A stretch of 64,000 bases of DNA from Marsupella aquatica. Taxonomy: Eukaryota > Plantae > Marchantiophyta. Position 1 is the stretch's first letter. Every line of letters starts with the position of its first letter. Below are positions 25,301 to 37,803 of the stretch, piece by piece. A program made the translations under genes and the position numbers. The DNA lies in NCBI GenBank assembly GCA_973895155.1, contig OZ316892.1:2111223-2175222 (forward strand), read 5' to 3'. The notes below the pieces were generated by a model. It worked only from the letters and a program-made list of their open reading frames with translations. It was not told where the DNA came from and searched no databases.

Positions 25301-25582
25301 CCTACTAACATTTTTGAGGATAACGCAGCATGTATACAGCAGATCACGAAAGGATTCATCAAAGGCGATCGCGTGAAGCATATAGCTCCAAAGTTTTTCT
25401 ACACCCACGAGTTACATGGAAAAGAGATCAACATTTTGCAGATTTCAAGTGCAGACAACTGTGCGGATCTCTTCACCAAATCACTATCGCCATCAGTTCA
25501 CCACCGACACTGCCAGGCGATTGGACTACGGAGCGTGCGACGCATGATGACCGTGGAGGCTGCTACTCCACATGATACTTGA
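22382..25582 (+). CDS. pol: Copia Pol: GAG-pre-integrase, integrase, reverse transcriptase, RNase H
   Basis: Motifs WHARLGHPG, CxxC, IHADVCGP, RVDNAGEF, QNGLAE, YKARLVGKGF, LYGLKQSGR, YVDDL, YADAGY and ADLFTK. The frame is open from 22382, out of frame with gag. Confidence 0.93.
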   Translation, partial: EIIKETLFSYPCGFYITQIECLHNNANTSELHALWHARLGHPGQSMLTKIIKNSSGIPINTRHIPVSTPCTACSRGKLITRPTASKLPTKIPQFLEIIHADVCGPINPPSGPFRHFMVLIDASTKWSNVTLLSTRNMVIPRILAQILRVKAQFPDHPIKTLRVDNAGEFTSETFDDFCTSLGIDVQYPVPHVHFQNGLAEAIIKRLQLIARPLLMQSKLPISAWGHAILQANALIQYRPSAFDTYSPYQIANGIKPNLSHLRSFGCQVMAPITPPKQTKMGPQRQLGIYIGFDSPSIIRYMEPTTGDVFKARYLDCHFDEHIYPPLITPEHPQPPLEWERHSPFWQDLRTNQGEKEVQRILQLHKIVEELPDAFVDTSQVSRSYIPAARASARIKLSSEPASTSQPRAKRGRPLGSKDKQPRRRGSSIPPSSDADHTESTTHEEISIHYAHTGTMWDRNTTSIDNAFALMVATHITDETPEPISILECQNRPDWPEWQKAINGELDSLLSRHTFGPVEPTPQDVHLIGYKWTFVRKRNDKGQVVRYKARLVGKGFTQQPGIHYDETYSPVMDSTTFRYLIGFAIFHQLQMRQLDVATAYLYGTLDTCLYMRSPPELEQRRRALAQGAKSHIPYLHKIITQLSQVTPHVSSTHVTHNNDTAVSTVRNTHRGLAIRVLKALYGLKQSGRVWYQRFTDEMIAMGFSHDAITPCLFIKHVDDEYVIISIYVDDLNIFGTPQLTEDTITSLKSTFEMKDLGHTNFCLGLQLEILPTGMMLHQTTQTEKILKQFNMNLAHPLMSPMVVRSLENNTDVFRKCEEHEPLLGPETPYLSAIGALMYLANQTRPDIAFAVNLLARHSATPTARHWNGVKHVFRYLRGTTDTGLFYPFGANHELIGYADAGYLSDTDTAKSQTGYIFTIGGTVFSWKSVKQTLTATSSNHSEILALHEASREAVWLRSFINHINTKCGLPPLTKPTNIFEDNAACIQQITKGFIKGDRVKHIAPKFFYTHELHGKEINILQISSADNCADLFTKSLSPSVHHRHCQAIGLRSVRRMMTVEAATPHDT

Positions 25583-25884
25583 TGATGCTGACGACATGCT
25601 GTTGACGACCGACTGATGAAACAAATGTTAAAGCTAGATTTACTATAGCATCTAACTTTATTTTATATTGACATTTATTATGACGAGGACTGTTAGGCTG
25701 CACTCTTTTTCCTTTAGCACTCATATTTTTCTCTGCTACACTGGTAGAGTTTTTACTAAGCTAGAGTTGATAAAGGTTTTTTAACGAGGCAGTCTACCTC
25801 GATTGTACTTATATCATGTACCCCTATGAACATGATATAATTTAGGTATAGTCTATGTTGTCTATATAGTTGCACTATATATCC

Positions 25885-25893
25885 AAAGGGGAG
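25885..25893 (+). other. Polypurine tract
   Basis: AAAGGGGAG immediately before the 3' LTR. Confidence 0.85.
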
Positions 25894-26000
25894 TGTTAGA
25901 CTCTACCTTGACCGGAGGACCGGATCAGCCGGTCATCCCGGCACCACCATATGTACCATTACCGAGACTATACTGAGACCATTGTTTTCACCATCAAACA
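25894..26000 (+). repeat. 3' LTR (107 bp)
   Basis: Direct repeat of 19124-19230, followed by the TSD GTTGT. Confidence 0.96.
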
Positions 26001-27049
26001 GTTGTCAAATATACTGGAAGATAGTCAGGTCTAAAAGTGCAAGTATGCGGAAGGCAAAATTGGGATGAGAGCATGAATGGGATGAGAGGATATGTAGAGG
26101 ATAACACAAGTCTGGTCTAAGGTTACTAGCCTATAACCTTGTGACAAGAAAGTGAAGGAAACCTGACCGGCAGGAGTCAGGAAGGTTTTTTGAGCTCTTG
26201 GAGCATGGTTCAGACTAGAACCCCTGCCCAGGAATGCATTATAGTAGGTAATATATGTCCAAAAAAGAGTGACTTCCAGACAACAAATTATAGGAATAGC
26301 AATGGCCTCCACAAATATTTACATGCCTGTAACCTACCTTCCTGACAGAATTTAGGGGTTGAGTATGGAGATAAAGAGTGAGGCTCAGGGTCAATCCTCA
26401 GCCAATGGTGCTCAACAAAAATACATTCAGCAACCCCTTGTTTGCCCTATTTTTGGTTCCCCCTGTCTACTCCTTGTCCCCCCTTTTCTCTCTCCCTCCC
26501 TGCCACCTACTCCATCCCCCAACAGCTACCTTTTCCACCTCCCCATCACCCCCTTCCTCAATGCTTTCCTCCCTCCTGTCAATTTTACTCATTTTACTCT
26601 CTCGTAAGTCATGCCTTGCAGTGAGCCTCACCTCCTCAACTTGCCACCTCAGTACCCACACAGCCCCCCAATGCTGGGCTCCCTTCGTCGTGAACCATAA
26701 CCTGCTGCCCAGCCTGGCCCACTCTGACTCCCTCCTCCAAACTTCCTCCAGTCCAGCCCGCCGGACCCCTTGCGACCCCTATTTGACCAATCTGATGGCG
26801 CCAAAAGAACCTTGTGATTTGTAAAAAGTCCTCTTTTGATTTGTAAATAGACCACTCCAATCTTTTAAGGGGATAGATGTATTTCAACTAAGATGACATG
26901 GAAGTAATATTTTGAAACTTGACTTTCATAAATACCATTGTTTTTGTATCCCATCCAAGTTGGAATTTGAGACTCACAAGGGACTAAAACCTTAGGTCTG
27001 ACTACATACTTAGTAATACCAATACCTTAGGCACAATGTAGACCGCCCC

Positions 27050-27345
27050 CATGCAAAGTTCCTTCCAAAATCTTTGGCACCACTTGCAATCGCATTCACA
27101 TATTTGGTCACAAACAAGAACAGTGATGTTTCAACCAAAAAAACACTATTGGTCGTGTTAACATGATGCCAGAAAAAAATTAGTTAAAATGATAAGAAGA
27201 TGAAAAGTTTGAAAATGACAAACAATGGGATAAAACAAATTAAGGGACTAGATGTCTTTGGATGTGAGTATTACCCCATATTATATGTGCAGACATAAAC
27301 AAAAAAAAAACTGACAAACAAGTGTAACTTTTTCACGTAGCTTTG
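27050..27345 (+). mobile_element. Old copia integrase remnant
   Basis: Translations FLPKSLAPLAIAFTYLVTN and GLDVFGCEYYP...KCNF resemble LPxxFWxxAxxxAxYLxN and LRVFGC...KCxF. Confidence 0.4.
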
Positions 27346-30300
27346 CCTGGTTTAGGTATCAATACAACTAGTGGTAGCTTTGGCATCCCAAGAGTATTTT
27401 GGACAATGTTTCTGCTCTCTCGGAATATTTGTGTCATACCAATTAGGGGCACTCCAAGACCTATGCCTTACAATTTTCCATTACAAACACGGAGAAATAT
27501 TGTTTTCTGAAAACTTCATAAACATATTTGCAATCTGATTGATTGTGGTGGCTGAATCCAATCCAGTCCAGATATATTTTTAGGATGGAGCAATCGTATT
27601 GGTGTGATCTATGGTTCAAATGGTTTCTCTGAATGTAAGGAGAAGAAAAACAACAATCTATCTTTTCTCCCCTAGTTATCACCTGCACTGGTTGTGCCTC
27701 CCCTAAAGGTGATCCAGACCTACATTCCACCTCTGCTGCCAATCTTGTCCATTCATGTAGGGTACACCTCCCCAAGATGATTGGTAAACCTGATTGGACT
27801 CCAGCCTAAATTTGTGGGTGTAATAAAAATTGAAAGACTGTTTAAATGCTGGAATGCAAGAAAAGATTTGAAGCCAGACAAATGAATTCTCACTCAAAAA
27901 AGAAAACTTCCACCAAAATTCATAAGTCAGGGAAAACCAAAGTACAATGAAGGAAAGGAAAAGAAAAGCAAGTGCAATCCTTAAAAAGCAAGAATATAAA
28001 GATAAAAGCGTCAAACACTACATGAGTGCAAACTCAGAAAAGTTTACAAAGTTCTTTGTAACTCTTTGAATTAAAAAAACGGTTTAAATGCCATACAGGG
28101 TGGAGCTTGGGGTAACACTTATTTCCCTCACGTCTATAGGAATATTCTCTTCCAAAGAAAGCTCAGGAAGTATATTTGAAGATTCGTTATAATTTGAGCT
28201 GTTTATATCATGTACCAGTATGAGCGGCCCAAGATATTGTCCAATGACCAACTTCTCAAAACTTTATCATAATCATGTTGATCTCATATGTGGAATATCC
28301 CCCTCCCAAATTTGTGGATCTCCTTCACAGTCTTTGTGAGAAGGAGAGAGACGCCAGGAAGACCAATTACTGTAGGTAGTAGGCATGACCATCCATTCAA
28401 CGAGCTCTCTGTGAATTCCATTCCTGGGATAATATTCATAATTGGAAGCTCTTTTTGTGCTATCTACTGATCTAGTCTATAACATAGCTCCACTTTCTAC
28501 CCTGTTTGTAAGGTTGTCCGAGTCCTAATCTTTCGTCCATCCACACAAGTTTATGGAATCAAATTTTGTGGCATTCCTCTGAAGAGCACGCTATACTGAC
28601 ACGTGTTTTAACATGGCCTCCTCTGCAAATTTGGGACAAGTATGTCCCTACTCAAAGTCGTATCCTCCGCTTGCCTGGGTGAATTCATATTTACCATTGA
28701 ACTGCAATGCAGTCAATGATCACCAACTTTCTGTCCCATAAAATGGAATGCAAAACATTCTCATCTTGGGTACTAGGGGTAAAAGGTACATTCCCCCAAA
28801 ACCTGGCGCCAGGTAATTCATCCGATCTTCCACCCACATAGAGATACCTAAGATTTTATGTAGCTACAGTAATTTGATCCTTGGCTTTGCCATTTTCAAG
28901 TAAACCTCAAACCGCCTATGGCCTGCTCTACCATATTAAGGGACTTCCGTTCATGGTGGTTTGGAGTAAAGTAGCATAAAGTCATTCCCGTGAACATTTT
29001 GAAAGGAGTGTAATCTGGTAAAATGATGTCTCTAATCTGACGGAGAAGCTCATGTGGCTTGTGAGTTCATGTAAACTATTTTGTTCCCTTAAGTTGGTAA
29101 GCATGGTGGTACCCAATAGTGACTACTGCTGTATAATCAGACATGGTTCTTGGTATTGAGATAGTGGGCCCAAGAAATGCCAGCTCCTTGACTTTCAGGC
29201 AATTCAGCGCTACATTTGGGGGTTGGGCAGGAAGTAATTGAAGCCACCTACCTTCATGTTTGCAATTAGGTTGAGGACACCTTGGTTAGTAAGTTTGATG
29301 TTATTCAACAAGTTGAAGCAATGAAGAGTTGCATATTCTAATATGGAGATGACAGGAAAAATAAATAATTATTCATGGAAACAATTTAAACACTCCCTTG
29401 GTATTCCCATGTAAAATTCCATATAGTCTATGCAAAATGTCATGGTAGCCAAAGGGTTTCTTATATTCTATTGATATTCCCATAGTAACCAAAGGCTTTC
29501 TTCTATTCTCTTGGTATTCCTCTTGCCATAGTAGCTGAAGGGTTTCTTATGTTACCATAGAAGTTGAAGAGTTTTTTTTACCTATGTTTATTTCAAAAAA
29601 CTGTCACCTAAAAATAAAATTCAAAAATTTACCAAAAAACACTGATATATCAATCACAACCATTGAAATGTTATTTTCTTTAGCCATTCTTTTACCCTTT
29701 CTTTCATTATTTTAACAGTTATTTTTCCAGTTTTTCAATGTTTTTATAGTTACAAGATCTACTGTAATTGTTTTTTTTTGCCTTGCCTTCAACACAAATA
29801 GTCACTTTTCTGGCATAACTGATCGTTTTTGTGTGATCAATAGTGTTGATGTCACTAAAAGTGTTTTCAGGGATTTTGCAAAGGAACGTCCCATGGGGTC
29901 CGTAAATATATACTTTTTAGGATTCTTTTCAGTAGAGTGACTATCGTATGCAATGTCCAAACGAATTGTCATTGGTCCACGCTTTCCTTGAAACAAAATG
30001 AGTGATTCCTCTTTGCCAACCCCCTTGTTTAGACAGAATTTTTGAGGGTGTCTTCTCAAATTTTATTCCCCCAGTGCCATCCCAACCTTTAGTTTAGACT
30101 AAAAAAACTGAGGTGTCTTTTAACAGTATTGATTCCTCCAAATGTCATGCAGACGTGTTCTGCACTAAAAAGGATGGATGCACTGAGAATCGAGCACAGG
30201 AAAGGCACTAAAACATGGGCTATGCAATAAACTTTGTATACCTCGTGTATCAGCATGATAGTCCGCGAGAAGTTAGCGTCATGTGTTTTTTAATTAATGA

Positions 30301-32971
30301 ATTAATTTCTCCACTGCTGAATGCCTGAATCCAAGAGGAATCTCATCGTATGTGAACTTTTTCCAGCGAAACTCGTGTTTCTTACCTTAAGCGTATATCC
30401 TTAGAATATGCTGGAATGTACTCATGGCCCCCAAATACGGCGCTTCGACTTCACGACGGCCGTCTTAGAACTACCGTCGCTTGACCCCTGACGCGCTGTG
30501 GCTCTCCATGATTGGAAAACGCAAATTGCAGGTTCGCACTAGGCTCGAGATTCACTGCTCGGTCCGGAGCACCTTGGCTCTGTGCCTCTGTGTCACACAC
30601 TCGGGATTTTAGGTTAGGTTCAGGACACGACGGTGTCCGGGCCGCCCACGTCAACAGGTGGCGGAGGCTGGCCGACTGCCGAAGCTTGATGAGTTGATGA
30701 TGACGAGCGTCCGGCGAAATGAAATCGTGCCTAGTGAAGGCGAGAGCAGCTGTCCGTTCTGGATTGGGGTGGGAGTCCAGCCTGAAGGCCCATGCGACCC
30801 ATTCACTTCCGAGAAGCCCGTGATTATTTTCTGTCAAATGGGCACCACGCACTCTTCGCCCCTAGACCACGAGTCCGGTAATGAGTGGCACTTGTTTACG
30901 GTTGGCTCGTGACATTCGTGACCAATCAATCTCTTCCTTTCCCTTCCCTTATTAGGGAAAGTGAAGCTAGGATGCGCCACCATGGTTGGTGGTTCATGGG
31001 AGTTTGGGGCCCATTACCTGATGATTATCAGTTCTAAAATAATATTTAGTTTCGCATTTGCAAGGCAACTGGTGGAGAAGGAGGAGACATGACGAAACAC
31101 GAGCCGATATATTTCATGTTAACAATGAATATGAATCTAAAGAAACCCCTCCACACTTTATGATGAAAAACTCTACCAAAATGGCAAAAAACTCATTATC
31201 ACCTTGCGCACCCCTCTAGCACATCCGCAAAACTAAAAAAAACTCAAATTTTGGGAATATGGTCCATAGGAGTTTCAAACACCAATTTGAAGGTCTATGG
31301 GGCCTTCAAATTCCTCATTTTGGCAGATCTTTCTTAATACTTTACTGTAAAAACAAAGCTTCTGGCTAACACAAAGAAAAATAGCATACAATTCAAAAAT
31401 TCACCTGGCCATTGGGATTATTTGGCACTCTTGTTAATTAACATATCTAACAGTCTCCTTAAATCTAGAGAGACTAGAGTACTCCATATGCACGTGTCAG
31501 AAAATTATATTAGAACTTCCTAAGGCAGAGAAGTCACTACTTCCCGCTGCATATGACAGGCTGCGAAATTCATAGGCTGAAGTTTTGTTGCTAGGCAAAA
31601 TTTCCATGACTACTGTAAGCACTTTGTGAGCAGAGTGCAAACGAAAAACTGACTACGGTAATAACTCTCATTTCTGCCAGATACCATGTCCTTGTAAGAC
31701 ACACACAACGACAGTTTACTGGGACCGCGAGTGAAACCATGTGCACCCCGAAGTTTGTTACATCCTGCAGTAAACCCAGCCGCGTAAACAGTATCAATAG
31801 AGGGGCGGGTTCTGTTCTGTGGTTGAGGGTGGCAGTGGTGGAAATGAGGAATGTGGGGCTGCGATTCTCTGTTGAATAGGGGAGATGGAGGAGGCCTAGA
31901 AAGTTCCTTGCGGTTCGTTGGGCAGGGGTTTCTTTGCTGTCGCCACCCCAACCCGCATGATGACGTTATCTCTTCGTTGTTTGCCACCCTCTCGTCCCTT
32001 GTTGGTTCGCTTTCTTGTTTGTTTGTGCTCCCCAAGGCGTTGTGCATCACTCGGACTGTACAATTTCTTCCCTAAAGAAAGAATTCCAACCATGTTAATG
32101 GGCAGCAAAGTACTACCTACAAAGATACAAGGAAGATGAAGAATCGAGACTCTAGAAAGTATCAGGGAACAATGTCAAGAGGTCACAACAACACTGAACA
32201 AACAACTCCTCTATTTTGTTTTAGCTCAGTACATTCTTCCTACATATGGGAGAATATTACAACCATTATTCCTTACTACCCAAGTTTGGGATGCACAAGC
32301 CAATTTTCAGCTCCCACTATAACTATTTCCCTCCATTTGATAAAAGAGCCATATTCTTGTAATGGAAGACCTAAGTTGTCGTACACCCCACCTGGCTAAG
32401 GCCTCATGGAAATCATTGGGGTGGTTGGACTGAGTGTGTTATTGTGGTTGTACATGATTGTGCAAGTTTGCTGCGAGCACATTAACCTTTGTGAGAGGAG
32501 CCTCATTTGTTGGTAATTCTATGTATCCATGCAAAATAATGCAAAACACTGGGAGTTCAGTTGAACGAAAAAGGCAACACAAGTGCCAAAATTACTCCTT
32601 ATACAAACATGGCGGACCATTGTGCACTGCAAGGATAGCCAGAACCTAAAACTTTCACCATCTACTGTAGTTTAGCTCAACTATGCTATAAGTTGCGATC
32701 AAAGTACATTTTTCATGACATACTCCGTATAATGAAGTCATAGGCCATAATGTCTTTCGTAACAACTATTTTGATATGTAAACTGTGCTTGTGAGTAGGG
32801 ATGCCTCAGGCCCTTTTTGGGTAGCTAAATGTATTGGCATCATCCTCCTCCCTCCAACTGTATTGGTGTGCAGTAGCAAGTGTAGTCCTCTCCATCCCTA
32901 GAAAGCACTGCTTGAGGGTCTCAAAATTTGATAGACTGTCACTAAGTAGTTGTTGTTGGGATAGAAAACAC

Positions 32972-33225
32972 TAGGGCATCTCAAAGTTAAAATTTACGGA
33001 CAATGACATTACCAAAAAAGAAAGGTCATAACATTTTCACAAGGTTATGTAAAAGTTTTTTTTTCTTTTGCCAGTCTCTATAATGACTAAGGGTAATGAC
33101 ATATGATACATCAATACTTCTGGTGAAAAGTTATGAATTAGGAATTTTGTAGTCCCAATGTTTTTGTGTCCATAACCCATAACTAGGAAGTGAGTCCCTC
33201 AAATTGTCAACTTTGAGACACCCTA
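32972..33225 (+). mobile_element. MITE with TAGGGCATCTCAAAGTT / AACTTTGAGACACCCTA termini
   Basis: 17-bp imperfect terminal inverted repeats; second copy at 1666-1911; superfamily unresolved. Confidence 0.7.
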
Positions 33226-33477
33226 TTATGCACGACCAAATCATGATAAAGAACATTTTGCAATAAAGATTGCTCATACCATTAGGTCACTGTAAAGGGC
33301 CAGTGAACACTTTGGGTTAACCTTGCTTGAAAGCTATGGCCATTTCTTTATGGCCAAAAGCCATCCCTAACTATGAAGGCCCTACTGGACTCTTCCGTCC
33401 CAAGGGCTTCAGAATTCCAAGCACTTTCACTCTCTTTCCGGGCCCCTGTTCATGTGACAGTATCCTCGTGTTTGCGA

Positions 33478-33870
33478 GGTTTGAAGTGACGGGCAACTTG
33501 CCAAGCTGCCGGGCATGTAAACTCGGTATTTGCCGGGCGAAAATCAGCCCAAATGCCGGACGGGCCGGGGTGTGGGGCTGGGCCGGGACAGGCCGGGACA
33601 GACAGGGATAGGCCGGGACAGGCCGGGGCCGGGCTGGGATGGGCAGGGACCGGCCAGGATAGGTTGGGACAGACCGGGGGTTGGGCCGGGAAAGGCCGGG
33701 GCCGGGATAGGCAGGGACAGGCCGGGGTCGGCCCGGGACAGGGTTGGGGCGGGGTGTGAGCCAGCCGGGGCCGGGCCAGGAAGTCAGGATCGAGCGGGCC
33801 TGTCCGGGTGACGAGTTGCCGATTGACGGACTCTAAAGCCTCTATTTGCCCGGCAAGTCCAAACCCGGCG
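33478..33870. repeat. GC-rich element with a G-rich pentamer core (GGCCG/GGACA/GGATA)
   Basis: Period-5 GGG-rich array at about 33556-33808; its ends resemble those of 43760-44317. Confidence 0.65.
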
Positions 33871-34465
33871 TGTTTGTGCTATGCTCTGTTGCTCTGTTCA
33901 TCATCACTCTCAGGTTTGGATAACTTGATTGACGATACACTTGTAATCTACTCCGCCAGACATTCTATAATCCTTCTCGTCTGGTGGTGGTTGGTTGGGT
34001 TGGGCTCGAGCGAGACGAGTGAGAGGAGAGGAGCGGAGGAGGAACCCGACGAAGCTGCAGTGCCTCGTATCAAGACCTTTTGCTGCTCCTGCTCTCTCTT
34101 CGCACGGGGTGGCGACAGATCAGACGAACGCACTTCTGCTACTGTTGTAGCCTCTGTAGCCTCTGAGCCTGTAGCTGCCTGCTGTGTCATCGCTCAATCA
34201 GATCCCGTCCTCTGTCGCGACACCTAACGAATGATCTGTTGTTCTCTATACCCTGGGCTTCTCTGCCTCAGAGAACTCACGATTATCGGCGGGGAAGCGC
34301 TGAAGAAGGCCTTCGTTCATTCAGTGCGGGTGCAGCCTCCGCCTTTACTTGTGAACGAGGTTTTCCTTCAGAGAGCCTCCTCAACCTGTCCGCCTCCGAG
34401 GTTCGAGGTTTGATTCCGTGCCGAACGTTCCTCCTCCCGACAGCTTGAGGTTCTCAAACGCGACG

Positions 34466-34468
<3 letters not shown>

Positions 34469-34504
<36 letters not shown>
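34469..34504. repeat. (CT)n microsatellite in the presumed BT1 leader
   Basis: Direct reading. Confidence 0.95.
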
Positions 34505-34506
<2 letters not shown>

Positions 34507-35193
34507 GTCGCTCGTCTTCCCGATCGATTGATGTGCTCAGGGGCGAGGTTATGCTACCTCTGTGAGTCTGCATCTCTGCTTGTACTTGTCCGACTTTCGA
34601 CATTGTTTGTCTGCGGCACTCTTTTCCCGTATCCGTGCTATTGGTGGCGGTGGACGGTAAGGCGTTCGGTGGCTCGTTACTTATTATAACCAAGTTCATT
34701 CATGGCAGCAGCCCTGTTGCTGGGGCTCACCCTAGCCCAAACCTCCAATTTAACCTTCTGCATCCCGGGCAAGTGAATGAAGGTGGTGGTGGCATGAGCG
34801 GAGAAGCGGCGGGCTGGAGCAGTCATGACAATGCTCACTTAACGGAGCAGTCACCTCCTGTTGTTGTATCTCTTTGAGGCGTAGGCCACCTTCTTCATTT
34901 GAAATTGTGTCTAGTCAAGGGTTAACGCCGTCATCTTGAACCCACTCTCTTGGAGTTTATCTGGGGCTCCATCAGGATTGTGAATCGACAGGGGACATCG
35001 ACTTGTGCCTGTGTGAGACCGACTTGCACTGCCCAGTTGAGCTCAAACACCACCATTTCCACATCTGTCTTGATTCGGCCGGGAATTGAAGCGCCTTTTC
35101 CACTTTCTGATTAAGCCTCAGCGGAGGTAGAGTGACCAGTCGGAAATTCGATCACAGCTTGTTTCTCGGTCTCGGGGGTGAGTCGTTAAGTGA

Positions 35194-37803
35194 ATGGCTG
35201 GAGCTCGTAGCACAGGGGAAAGTTTGGCTTCTCGCGCGGCATCAGCAAGTGCAGGTCAAATGCAAAGACAGAGACCACAGAGACTCGTCACCGAAAGAGT
35301 GACAACGTTAACTCCTCTAGTGTGCCAACCCACCTCGGATCGGAATACTACTTTAGAGTTTCCAGGAAGAAGCCGGGGCGGGGATTCAGTCCCCTCGGCT
35401 GAATTCGAGTTTAGAACTCTTTTCCCACAGGTTGACAAGATTAGAGAATCCCATCATGACGAGCATGTAGGAGAAGAGGAGATTGTGGAACCTAGTGGTA
35501 CGGAGAAGAAGAAGAAGGCCATCGTAAGAGCGGTGCGGTTGAGGGTTAAGAGCGCTTCGGTCAGGAGACTGCTATGTGGGGCGGTCGCTGGAGCCTTTTC
35601 GCGAACATGTGTTGCGCCACTGGAGACCGTGAGGACTCATTTGATGGTGGGCAGCGGTGGCCAAACTGTTACGAGTGTAGTCAATCACATTATGGCTCAC
35701 GACGGCTGGCAAGGACTCTTTCGAGGAAACGGTGTAAACGTCATAAGAGTAGCTCCTAGCAAAGCAATCGAGGTGAGTGAACATTAACTGGAACTTGTTT
35801 CTACCATCCCTTTCTACCACATGTGCGCAGAGATCGTGAAGTGCTTCCTAAGATTCTGGAGGAGGTCAGTAACCCTATTCTTGCGAAGGCCCCCCTTCAG
35901 TCTCATCGCCCACGAATCTCTTTGACTGACGGAAGTCATAGTCCCCAATGCTTTGCGCTGGGTCTCTTGGCGAACTCTCCCCCATACCTTTCGTCTGCTG
36001 TCTTCTGATAGACATCGATCGTGTATTCTGATAATGATGTACTGTGGAGAGTTCCCTCTCGAAAGATGGAGTTGCAAATGTCAGGGAATGCTCTTTGCAA
36101 GAAATTTGGTATACAGCAGCTTTGGGATAGTTTTGTGTTCTGTCAGGGGAAAGGTGTTTGCGTCGCATTATCTTGTAGATACGCTGGAGCCAAAAGGTGA
36201 GACACGCAAGTGACGAATTTGGGTAGATTGGATTGCTCTTAACCGTTGCCACCAGTATAGAAGGGGAAGATTCCTTGGCTAGTGCCGTCGAGGGGTTTTC
36301 GATGTATGCAGGTAATTATTTAAGCATTATTCAGATAGTCAGCGGAAGTATAGTTCACTTTGAGGTACGAGTCGAGACGCTCAAACCACACATTAGGAGA
36401 CCGGATGAAGATATCGTGTGAAGTGACTTCGCTTGCCTAACGTTGACAGATTGCCTTTGGTCAATCTGAGCTCGAAGGAGGCGATGCATGATCTTTGTTA
36501 GTGATCTCTAGATTTCAATTTATTTGTATGATGTGCAAGTGCTTGAGCCTTTCCGTCGAGATTCAGCAGAGCAGTGACCATCCGGTGAGGGAACGGTTCC
36601 CGAATTCTTGAGATATAGCTTTTCCCCCCAAGAGCCTTCTCAAAGGTAGAAAAGTATTTTATAGTCAATGGAGAATGTTCTCCATTTTGAACTGGGCAAC
36701 TTGGCTCCGAAGATTGTGGTGGGCGATGCAAGTTGTGTCTGTACACTTAGTTCTCGTACTTCTTCTAGGCCAGCGATTCACTACTCGGGTTTCGGACCGT
36801 TGCTAGATCTCGTCACTCTTGGTTTAGCATGTGCATGTGCCACGCCAAGGTTTGTGGATATTAGGCATTTAGCTCCCTCATACGTACGTTCTGATTTCAT
36901 GAATTAAAATGGAAAGGTGGACTCTTGTTTGCCTTTCGAGTGTGCCTCAAATTTTTAACACTGAGAATTGTGTGCTGTTTGCAGTTGTTTATGTATGATA
37001 CAGTCAAAAGGTATTTGACTCCCAAAGAAGGAGAAAAGCCACGCATTCCTTTCCCTATAGCTCCTGTGGCCGGTGCTTCAGCGGGAGTGTGCTCGACCTT
37101 AGTAATGTACCCACTAGAATTGCTAAAAACTCGTTTGACAATTCAGGTGAGTAAGCTTTCTTTCGATACTTCCTCTTTTGCCGGTTATATGCTATTCGCA
37201 AGTGGCACTTACGCCTAAAGATACTGAGCTGATGTTGTGCATTCTTAGTCACCTGCATGCTTAACAGAAAGCTGCAGCTGGATGCCTGAAAGTTGAGTTG
37301 TAATATTTTGTCGTGTGCCGCAGAGAGGGGTTTATGATAACTTTCTAGATGCCATGATCACAATATGTAAAGAGGAAGGACCGAGGGAGCTTTACAGGGG
37401 CCTTGCACCGAGTCTCTTTGGAGTTATTCCTTACGCAGCTACAAATTATTTTACTTATGACACACTGCGAAGATTATACAGGAAAAGCACTAAGCAGGAG
37501 AAAATAGGGAACTTGGCCACTTTGTGTATTGGGTCTACATCCGCTGCGATTTCAAGTGCATGCACATTTCCCCTAGAAGTTGCTCGCAAGCAGATGCAGC
37601 TGGGTGCCGTGAGTGGCAGGGTGGTTTATAAAGATTTATTTCATGCTTTGACGAGTATCCTTGAGAAGCAGGGTCCGACAGGTTTATACAGGGGGCTTGC
37701 TGCAAGCTGTTTCAAGTTGATACCAGCAGCAGGGATATCTTTCATGTGCTATGAGGCGATGAAGCAGATATTAATAGATGAAGACGAAACCCCAAGCCCT
37801 TAA
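35194..37803 (+). CDS. BT1: Mitochondrial-carrier-family adenine nucleotide transporter, BT1/Brittle1-like, 3 exons, about 406 aa
   Basis: Exons 35194-35772, 36985-37146 and 37324-37803 (GT-AG, phase 0). Three carrier motifs PLETVRTHLM, PLELLKTRLT and PLEVARKQMQ, plus RRLLCGAVAGAFSRT, GLFRGNGVNVIRVAPSKAIE and PAAGISFMCYEA. The N-terminal extension may be a targeting peptide. Confidence 0.92.

Larger units (their letters stand above)
19124..26000 (+). mobile_element. Full-length Ty1/copia LTR retrotransposon, Bianca-like
   Basis: TG..CA LTRs, 5-bp TSD GTTGT (19119-19123 and 26001-26005), PBS and PPT. Domain order is Gag-PR-INT-RT-RH; protease NLLSFRDIRANG and RH IKGDRVKHIAPKFF resemble the Bianca lineage. 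Confidence 0.96.

Noticed and set aside
21383-25575. Antisense and alternative-frame ORFs within gag/pol (similarly within BT1 and HDAC exons)
   Set aside because: Shadow frames of real coding sequence.
27460-29300. Gene or LINE ORF1 remnant
   Set aside because: No translated motif was convincing in any frame.
33530-33811. Gly/Arg/Pro-rich ORFs (also 43591-44232)
   Set aside because: By-products of GC-rich pentamer repeats, open in several frames on both strands.
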